This document shows, in pieces, positions 56,986-64,000 of a stretch of 64,000 nt of DNA. Source of the stretch: Candidatus Latescibacterota bacterium (GTDB taxonomy: Bacteria; Latescibacterota; UBA2968). The notes beneath the pieces were generated by a model. The model saw only the letters and a list, made by a program, of their open reading frames with translations, made no database searches and had not been told where the DNA came from. The stretch lies in contig OZ220741.1 in NCBI GenBank assembly GCA_965116885.1, positions 2,336,001-2,400,000 on the forward strand, given 5' to 3'. The position numbers and the translations under genes were made by a program. Positions within the stretch are counted from its first letter, which is position 1. Each line of letters opens with the position of its first letter.

Positions 56986-57369
56986 CCCTCCTTGTGACGC
57001 CCACTCAATGCGAGTGGGGTTAATTGCTAAGAAACACTATCTATTTTTATAGCTAATAAAAGTAAAACTTAAAAATAATAATGACAATTGTGATAATGGT
57101 AAGTATTAGCTTACTAAAATTTAAAACGCTTGTACTCAGATGTCAAGCGGTTTTGATACAAAAAATTCTGCCATTTGGCAGAATTGGGAATTAGTATAGA
57201 TATATACACTTATAAAAAAACGTTTATATCTGCTTATGATTATTAGTATCAACACTTCGGACGATAGCGGATAGCGTCCGTATATTTCTGTAAAATGAGG
57301 TGCGCCCCATTCTTTGACCCGGTATAAAGGCTAATGAACGGGGCTGAACATCGCCCCGTTTTACCCCGC

Positions 57370-57397
57370 TTGACATTGGGTGTCAGCGTGGTATTTT
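57370..57397 (+). promoter_or_regulatory. Sigma70-like promoter for the transposase
   Basis: TTGACA, 16 bp spacer, TATTTT with a TG extension; RBS AGGAGG follows. Confidence 0.55.
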
Positions 57398-57419
57398 CTC
57401 ACCAACAGGAGGATCTACC

Positions 57420-57704
57420 ATGGGTAAGAAAACCAAGAAGTCCTACTCCGCTAAACTTAAGTTCCAGATCGTGTTAGAGGCATTGACCTCAGACAAAGAA
57501 GATGCAGAATTCGCGCGTGCTTACGATGTGTATCCGGTGAGTCTATCAAACTGGAAGCGTCAGTTTATAGACAACGGTGCACAGATTTTCTCTGGCAATG
57601 ATACGGTCAAAACGTATGAAGCGCGTGTGTCTGATCTGGAGCGGTTGTTAGGTCAGAAAGAAGTAGAACTGGCCTTGCTCAAAAATTTTTTAGGCAACCG
57701 TTGA
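57420..57704 (+). CDS. IS3-family transposase OrfA (HTH)
   Basis: YSAKLKFQIVLE, ARAYDV.P..L.NWKRQF, LLGQKEVELALLKN; A5T6 run at the 3' end. Confidence 0.85.
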   Translation: MGKKTKKSYSAKLKFQIVLEALTSDKEDAEFARAYDVYPVSLSNWKRQFIDNGAQIFSGNDTVKTYEARVSDLERLLGQKEVELALLKNFLGNR

Positions 57705-58232
57705 GCCTGTCAGACCAAGTAGAACTGGTCGAAAAGCATAAGGACAAGTATGGTCTGAATATGTGCTGCCGTGCCTTAGGCTTGTCGAAAGGGACACTTG
57801 CTTATCGTCGCGGTCGGGCCTCTTGTTCGCAGGCAGATACCCAGATAGGCGATATACTGTCTGGACCAGTTACAAAATAACTTGGCCTGTTTGGACAGGA
57901 GACTGTCTGACATCCTCATTCATCACGACCGCGATTCGGTTTATACCTCATACGACTGGTTACATCGTGTGTTGATAACAGAACAGGCAGGGATTTCTTT
58001 TGCGATGAATGGGGCAAAAGATAATCCGTGGATAGAGTCCTTTTGGGGACGTTTCAAAACCGAAAACAAAACTTTGATTATGCACGCAGACTCTTTGACA
58101 GAACTTATCTGTGTGACACAGAAGCAAATGACGTATTACAATCAAGACCGAAGGCATTCTGCTTTGAACTATCGTACGCCACAAGAAGTGGTGCAGGCTA
58201 TTCTTATGAGAAATATCACGGCTGATCCTTAG
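57701..58232 (+). pseudogene. Disrupted IS3 OrfB (integrase-core fragment)
   Basis: -1-frame N-terminal part (YGLNMCCRALGLSKGTLAYRR) stops near 57880; C-terminal part is in another frame (HHDRDSVYT, DNPWIESFWGRFKTE, YYNQDRRHSALNYRTP); the first catalytic Asp region is absent. Confidence 0.82.
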
Positions 58233-58409
58233 CGTAAATTAGCATCCTAACTGGTTCAAATTTTGGGTTACAGATCCCTTTGCAATCCGAGAACTTGGCA
58301 ACGCTTGGCTGGTGTATAGAATTGTATAGTTAATTCTTAATTGCCAGCCTGTCAGGATAACGATAGGCTGGCAATTTCGAGATTTATGAGGTGTGTAAAA
58401 AATAAAAAA

Positions 58410-59384
58410 ATGAGACTTATAGCGATTCTGGTCATAGGTGTTCTATTCTTTTGCAATGCCTTAGATATTTTCTCCGCTCCAGTATCTGAGAATTCAGATT
58501 CTATCAGACCAATATTGACCAAACCATACCAGATCAAACAATTATTGAGCGACTCAGACCGGCGATTCGAGTCAGGCGACTATGAAGGCGCCATCAGTGG
58601 CTATAAAAAAGTGATTGCACTTGATTCTCTCAGTTTTCATGCGTGGTATAATCAAGGAATGGCTTCCATTGCTATTATAAACGATGAACAAGCACTTGCG
58701 TGTTTCACAAAAGCTGTGGCAATTGACCCTGAAAACGCAGCGGCACTTAATGGAAGAGGCACTGCTTATTTTAATTTGAAACTATATCAAAATGCCATCG
58801 AAGATTTTAAGAGGTGTATTGCATTGGATAGTCAACACTATGGCGCACATTATATGTTAGGCCGTGTTTGGAGCCGCCTTGAGAATTTCAAACAGGCTCT
58901 TATTAGCTATCAATTTGCCGCGAGAATAAATGCGGAACCACAAGAACTGTGGTACAATATCGGCTGCGTTCTTTCTAATCTGGGCAGATACAAAGATGCG
59001 ATTGAGCAATTTGATAAAGCCATGCACCTCAATCCCATATATGAGAAATATAAACCTGATGATATTTGGTTGGAAAAAGGCTATGCGCTGCATAAATTAA
59101 AGCAATTTGCCGAAGCTGAAATTTGCTATATAAAAGTACTTGAATTAAATGAAAATCAGGTTAATGAGAATCGAGCGACATCGTATTACAATTTGGCCTG
59201 TATTTATTCTCTCCAAAAATTATGGGAGCAGTCCTTTGCGTCGTTAAAGCAATCTTTGGAACTTGCTCCAAACTATGCTTCAGATGTTCAGAGTGACGAA
59301 GATTTGAAAGGTTTGGTCAACCATCCTATCTACAGCCTTAAAATCAAAGAGCTCGTTGCAAAACATTCTGAAGTAAAAGAATAG
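58410..59384 (+). CDS. Secreted TPR-repeat protein
   Basis: Hydrophobic N-terminus; about 7 TPRs; YYNLACIYSL end motif. Confidence 0.85.
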   Translation: MRLIAILVIGVLFFCNALDIFSAPVSENSDSIRPILTKPYQIKQLLSDSDRRFESGDYEGAISGYKKVIALDSLSFHAWYNQGMASIAIINDEQALACFTKAVAIDPENAAALNGRGTAYFNLKLYQNAIEDFKRCIALDSQHYGAHYMLGRVWSRLENFKQALISYQFAARINAEPQELWYNIGCVLSNLGRYKDAIEQFDKAMHLNPIYEKYKPDDIWLEKGYALHKLKQFAEAEICYIKVLELNENQVNENRATSYYNLACIYSLQKLWEQSFASLKQSLELAPNYASDVQSDEDLKGLVNHPIYSLKIKELVAKHSEVKE

Positions 59385-59394
59385 GAAGTTATTT

Positions 59395-60093
59395 TTGGGT
59401 AAAGTAATTGATTATTTAATTTTTGTGGTGATGGCAGGGTTGGCCGTAAGTATGGGGTATAGTGCGTTTTACGAGCAATTTCTCATTTTAACATCTGAGA
59501 GGCAAGTTTTTGTTACCCTGTCTTACGCGGTTATTTATGGTGGGATTTATATCGCAACGCGTCTTGTTACCAAAGATGAGCGTTTTGAAGATATGATACT
59601 TAAACCCAAAACGACATTACAGAGGGCTGTGCATGACGAGAATCATATATTTTCTATCAAGATATTCTGCATAATGGTTCTGCTATCTGGAATCTGGCTA
59701 AATGGGTGGTCAAGATATACTGATGAGTTTGATTGGGGAGGTGCTCCCTGGTTGCTATTTAGATTTCTTCTGGTGAGTTCAATAGGTTTGGGTATCTTCT
59801 GGGTATTTCTGTCCGTGTTTGTCTATGTAATTTTTCAGTTCTTCCGAGGTATCCAGTTTAGCATAATTTTCAGATTATGTGGGTATGTCTTTATTCATTT
59901 TATTGTTTTCTTTGTTTTAATTAATGCAACGCTTATTTGGCCTACGGGGGGGTATGATTTTTTAGTTGCTCTCTCTCTATTGGTGCCCGTTGATTTCTCC
60001 TGGTTGATATTATCTTTTATTTTTCTACAATTCATCTGGCCAACGGTTTTGATATTGTGGAGTCTGTTTCAACCATTTGAGCTGATTGAATAA
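59395..60093 (+). CDS. Hypothetical polytopic membrane protein
   Basis: About 6 hydrophobic segments; directly follows the TPR gene; TTG start. Confidence 0.65.
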   Translation: MGKVIDYLIFVVMAGLAVSMGYSAFYEQFLILTSERQVFVTLSYAVIYGGIYIATRLVTKDERFEDMILKPKTTLQRAVHDENHIFSIKIFCIMVLLSGIWLNGWSRYTDEFDWGGAPWLLFRFLLVSSIGLGIFWVFLSVFVYVIFQFFRGIQFSIIFRLCGYVFIHFIVFFVLINATLIWPTGGYDFLVALSLLVPVDFSWLILSFIFLQFIWPTVLILWSLFQPFELIE

Positions 60094-60582
60094 GATGGAA
60101 CTATTATTTTATTTTTTTAGTGCTGATTATTGTGGTGTGCATTTCACAAAATCATTCAAAATACGATCCAGATCCGTTTGTAAATCGTTCTAACTCTTGA
60201 TTTGATGTGAAACAAAAATTGCGATGAGTATAGACCAGATATTTCAAGAACTGAATATAAAAGGCGAATTGGTATCTGAGGGTCGGAGTTTTGTTTATGT
60301 GCTGTCCTTATATTGAAAATAAAAAAACTGCCATTCACGATTTTTTATGCAAAAAGTAGAAATATGCGGCACATAATGAGAAATAAGCGTAGTATTTTTT
60401 GAATTGCGATTCCACAAACGATTGTAGTATATTAAATTAAAAGCCGCCAACAAGACCTGGAAAAGTCCCCTGTTAGCGGCGGGTTAGTATCTCAAGCGGA
60501 TAACTTGAGAACACTAAAATCAAAAATAACTACTCGAAGCTCTATTGTCAACCACCGAGATTTGTGGCTTGCTGATTATAAT

Positions 60583-61248
60583 ATGGACAAGCAGAAAATT
60601 TTGATCGTAGGTCATGCAATCTATACTATGTCGGGGTTCATAAGATTCTTGATAGATGACCCTCATGAAGTATTTACTGCACCAGATGGGCGAGAAGGGC
60701 TTGAAATTTTAAGAAGAGAGCAGATAGACCTTGTCATAGCCGAAATGTATATAGAGGACGTTGATGGGATACACTTTGTGAGGTGCATATCGGCGGAGAA
60801 AATTCAGATAGATATCTTGCTCAGGGCAAGGTCTGAATTCCCGGATTTGGGCGAACAAATACCCAAGACAAGCATAAGTGTGTCCCCCATAATAAGAGAT
60901 ACATTTTTGGTGAAGGTCAAGACGTTTGTGCCTTCATACGATCTGTGGAAAACAAAATTGGAATCATTTCTGAATGAACATTACAGCAATCCAGAGCTAA
61001 AATTTGATGAACTCATGAACTATTTCCAAATCTCCAGATCATACGGTTGCAAACTGTTCAAAAAATATTTGGGCAAGCCCTTCCGTGAAGCATTGAGGGA
61101 GGTCAGAATTGGAAAGGCAAAATCACTGCTCGAAGAAACGCTATTGCCCATTTCTGAAATTGCGGAAAGCAGTGGTTTTCGTTCATCATCGCGTTTCAGA
61201 GAAGCTTTTAAAAGATTATACGGCATATCTCCTCGCGCTTACCGCTAA
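60583..61248 (+). CDS. Atypical receiver + AraC HTH transcriptional regulator
   Basis: APDGREGLEIL..EQIDLVIAE; ISRSY..KLFKK..G, RI.KAK.LL, ISEIAESSGFRSSSRFREAFKRLYGISPRAYR. Confidence 0.88.
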   Translation: MDKQKILIVGHAIYTMSGFIRFLIDDPHEVFTAPDGREGLEILRREQIDLVIAEMYIEDVDGIHFVRCISAEKIQIDILLRARSEFPDLGEQIPKTSISVSPIIRDTFLVKVKTFVPSYDLWKTKLESFLNEHYSNPELKFDELMNYFQISRSYGCKLFKKYLGKPFREALREVRIGKAKSLLEETLLPISEIAESSGFRSSSRFREAFKRLYGISPRAYR

Positions 61249-61302
61249 AAAATGGATGAGACGATAAGTTAAGCTTTGATCATCCAGGTTGAGGGCAATA
61301 TA

Positions 61303-63813
61303 ATGGCGATCCCAAAACGAATCGTTTTCTATAGCCAGCACTTAATCGGTGTGGGACATCATTTTCGCAATCGGGAAATTGTTCGCGCGCTGGCTCAGAA
61401 TCATCAGGTCTATTTTGTAGATGGAGGTCGCCAAATTCCCGGAGGCGATTTGCCAGACTCGGTTGAGCGCATCCAGCTATTACCTGTTTTTGCTTCTAAG
61501 GAGGGACTATCTTCGGATGAATTAGGCCGAGATATTCAGGAGGTTCTTCGTGAACGCTGTGATGTATTGTGTAAAGCAATCGAGAACATTGATCCAGATA
61601 TATTTATGATCGAGTTTTTTCCTTTTGGCCGTGGGAGATTGCGTTCAGAGTTGATTTTGGCGATTGAGTCCGCCCGGTCAACCAACCCGGATGTGAAAGT
61701 GATTTGTTCATTGCGGGATATCCCGATGCGAGCCAAAACTGCTGACCTCATTGGACCACCGATGCCCGATGCGTTGGCTATCACGGGCAAATTGCGATTT
61801 TATTCGGTGCCGTTTGGCGGACCACAGTATGTCCACACCCTGATGGCGCAGCGGTATTATAACGAGGTCTGCCCGACTTTGAACACGCATTTTGATGTGT
61901 TGCTCGTTCACGGAGATCCGAAAGTAACGCGACTGGAGGAGCATTTTCCCTGGGTAGAGGATATTGAGATTCCCATTGAATATACAGGATATGTGTCAGA
62001 AAAATTAAAGCCACAACGTCTGAAGAATGGATTGCCCAAACGCTTTGTCCTTGTCAGTACAGGGGGTGGGGCTGAGGCTTATGAGTTGATTGTTCCGTGC
62101 ATAGAAGCTTGGAAACTGTTGTTGAAACAGGGGGCAACGCAGGGCAGGGAAATGGCGATTTTTACAGGTCCTTTTGTCCATGATGATCAATTTGAATCCT
62201 TAAAACAAATGTGTGACGATGGTCCATTCCGGCTCTCGCGCTTTGTGCCTGATTTTCTATCGTGGATGAATGCGGCGGATTTTTCAATTAGTCGGGCTGG
62301 CTACAATACGTGTATGAATGTGCTTGAAACAGGCACACCCACCTTGCTGGTTCCAAGTGTACCCATGGGCGACCAGGTATTCCGAGCAGAGAAACTATCT
62401 GAACTGGGACTTGCTGATGTGATTGCCAGCGAAGACCTGAGTCCGGATAGTGTTGCCGATGTTATTATAAAGGGTATATCTCGACCTCCAGCAAGCCATG
62501 ATATTGCGCTTGATGGTGCAAATAAGACGCTTGAGTTTGTTTCTAAACTATCTACACGCAGTCGAAAGATGGTCTGTATGGATTTCGATTTTAAGATCAA
62601 GGATGAGATGAAAATTTGCATGATTGCCCATCAGTACCCACCTGTGTCGGGTGGAGTCGGTGTTGCTACCCAACGAATTGCTCGGAATCTGGCACGTTGC
62701 GGTGTTTCTGTCCATGTAATCGCTCCTGGATCCCATCGGGTTGGCGAAGCTATTTCTGTTGCGCGTGAGGATGGTGTAGAGGTTCATCGGATGTATCTCG
62801 CCCTGGCGCATTATTACGGAGAACAACGGGAGTTACAGAATATTGGCACTTATGTTGTCCAATTACATAAAAAAGAACATTTTGACATCGTACATGGTTT
62901 GTTTCTGAGTCCTGCAGGATTGGTAGCTGCAAATGTGTCCGCAGAAATAGACAGACCTTTCGTGGCGAGTATTCGAGGGAATGATTGGGAAACCATGCGA
63001 TACAGTCCTTTGTTGGCGGCTTCTTCCAGATGGGTGCTTGAGCGTGCGGACATGGTGACGTCTGTTTCTTCTGCCTTGCTTGAAAAAGCCCAGAAGATCG
63101 TTCATATTACGCATGGAAAAGTTATTCCCAATGCGTTTGATTTTTCGCTTTTTGACCATCGCCCGCTTAAAGAGATTGGTTCTCAACAAGTCGGGCAATT
63201 CTTGAAGGTTAAAGGAATAGATAGATTGGTCGTTGGCACGGTGGCTATGATTCGGCACAAAAAAGGCCATCGCATTTTATTTGAAGCTTTTAGGGTTCTC
63301 CTTGAAAAGTGTTCAGATGCCATCCTCTTAATGGTTGGAGATTATCACAGTGAACAAGACCGGATGGCTTTTACTCAGCAGATTGAAGAATTGGGCCTGG
63401 AGGATAGGCTGTTTATCACTGGAGAAGTGCCGCATACACACGTACTTGCCTGGTTGAAAGAGATGGACATTTTTGCCTATCCTTCGCTTTATGAAGGATC
63501 ACCAAATGCTCTTTTGGAAGCAATGGCGTGTGGCCTACCCATAGTGGGGTCACAAGTCGATGGCATAAGTGATTTGATTACAGACGGAAAGAATGGGCTT
63601 CTCATCCCGGCAGGATGTGTGGATAGGCTTTCAGAGACTCTCATTCTGCTGGCAAAAGATCAGGAACTGAGAGATCAATTGGGGTCAGCAGCACAGCAGA
63701 TGATTGAGCAAGAGTTGATGCCGGTGCATGAGGCGAAAATCTGGGTGGATACGTACAATCTGGCTATAGCCTGCCATCAAGAACAGGTAGGTAGGGCCGC
63801 TGGTGTTGGTTGA
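61303..63813 (+). CDS. Fused double glycosyltransferase (COG4671/GT28_C-like + GT4)
   Basis: YSQHLIGVGH, EFFPFGR, VHGDP, STGGG, SRAGYNT; then MKICMI..YPP..GGV, KKGH, PSLYEGSPNALLEAMACGLP. Confidence 0.88.
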   Translation: MAIPKRIVFYSQHLIGVGHHFRNREIVRALAQNHQVYFVDGGRQIPGGDLPDSVERIQLLPVFASKEGLSSDELGRDIQEVLRERCDVLCKAIENIDPDIFMIEFFPFGRGRLRSELILAIESARSTNPDVKVICSLRDIPMRAKTADLIGPPMPDALAITGKLRFYSVPFGGPQYVHTLMAQRYYNEVCPTLNTHFDVLLVHGDPKVTRLEEHFPWVEDIEIPIEYTGYVSEKLKPQRLKNGLPKRFVLVSTGGGAEAYELIVPCIEAWKLLLKQGATQGREMAIFTGPFVHDDQFESLKQMCDDGPFRLSRFVPDFLSWMNAADFSISRAGYNTCMNVLETGTPTLLVPSVPMGDQVFRAEKLSELGLADVIASEDLSPDSVADVIIKGISRPPASHDIALDGANKTLEFVSKLSTRSRKMVCMDFDFKIKDEMKICMIAHQYPPVSGGVGVATQRIARNLARCGVSVHVIAPGSHRVGEAISVAREDGVEVHRMYLALAHYYGEQRELQNIGTYVVQLHKKEHFDIVHGLFLSPAGLVAANVSAEIDRPFVASIRGNDWETMRYSPLLAASSRWVLERADMVTSVSSALLEKAQKIVHITHGKVIPNAFDFSLFDHRPLKEIGSQQVGQFLKVKGIDRLVVGTVAMIRHKKGHRILFEAFRVLLEKCSDAILLMVGDYHSEQDRMAFTQQIEELGLEDRLFITGEVPHTHVLAWLKEMDIFAYPSLYEGSPNALLEAMACGLPIVGSQVDGISDLITDGKNGLLIPAGCVDRLSETLILLAKDQELRDQLGSAAQQMIEQELMPVHEAKIWVDTYNLAIACHQEQVGRAAGVG

Positions 63814-63827
63814 GGAGGAAGGCTATT

Positions 63828-64000
63828 GTGAAAATCTATATTCCACATCCTTATCGAACGAGTGAAGAGATGTACACAGCAGACAGCGGTGCCGCACTCT
63901 CAGGTTTTAATCATACACGAGCTTTAGCCAGGTACTGCGAAGTGTATATGCCAGCACAAGAATCTCAGCAATATGAGGAGAATATCTACGGGATTCCGCA
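63828..64000 (+). CDS. Partial CDS (MKIYIPHPY...), possibly another glycosyltransferase
   Basis: GTG behind GAGGAGG; frame open to the window end; product guessed from context only. Confidence 0.55.
   Translation, partial: MKIYIPHPYRTSEEMYTADSGAALSGFNHTRALARYCEVYMPAQESQQYEENIYGIP

Larger units (their letters stand above)
57296..58277 (+). mobile_element. IS3-family insertion sequence, internally deleted
   Basis: orfA plus a -1-frame orfB with DDE remnants; imperfect terminal IRs TGAGGTGCGCCCCATTCTTTGACCCGGT versus reverse-complemented GGATCTGTAACCCAAAATTTGAACCAGT; about 980 bp. Confidence 0.8.

Noticed and set aside
57243..57256. TTAGTATC-AACACT matching the flanks of the 60490 hairpin (apparent empty site)
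   Set aside because: Only 14 nt in AT-rich DNA; chance cannot be excluded
1..64000. rRNA, tRNA, CRISPR arrays, prophage or recognisable anti-phage defence genes
   Set aside because: None recognised by eye; tRNAscan-SE, Infernal and DefenseFinder would be needed to exclude them formally

Overview
A gene-dense bacterial chromosomal window with about 46 CDSs. I found no rRNA, tRNA or CRISPR array. The gene content (PorV-like barrel with T9SS-type C-terminal-domain cargo, GWxTD and CRTAC1/ASPIC proteins, a DUF6785-like membrane protein, PhyH and enolase-superfamily paralogs) suggests a diderm FCB-related lineage such as Latescibacterota; this is inference only. Layout: (1) 1-28 kb holds metabolic genes: glycogen debranching enzyme, DUF4038 glycosidase-like protein, an atypical PhyH, malate synthase G, CoaX, a heparinase II/III-like protein, a GDP-mannose-3,5-epimerase + GHMP-kinase + tandem nucleotidyltransferase operon, amino-acid-type enzymes, an osmoprotectant ABC transporter, YbgA, TrmB and the Tm-1/TIM-barrel pair. 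(2) 28-57 kb is an almost purely envelope-associated locus: HEAT and propeller lipoproteins, a GWxTD-UbiA-desaturase-CruF/TPR operon, two CRTAC1/FG-GAP proteins, a DUF6785 membrane protein, a MacB-type ABC transporter, an octaheme cytochrome-HEAT-TPR protein, and an OMP / TonB-dependent receptor / CTD cargo / PorV cassette. (3) From about 57 kb an AT-richer segment begins with a deleted IS3-family element, followed by a pseudo-receiver AraC regulator and a fused double glycosyltransferase. The best candidates for undescribed systems are the prenyltransferase-desaturase-hydratase operon, the SusD-less TBDR/PorV/cargo cassette with its surrounding locus, and the putative L-sugar nucleotide salvage operon. 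All family assignments come from motif recognition by eye, not from database searches.
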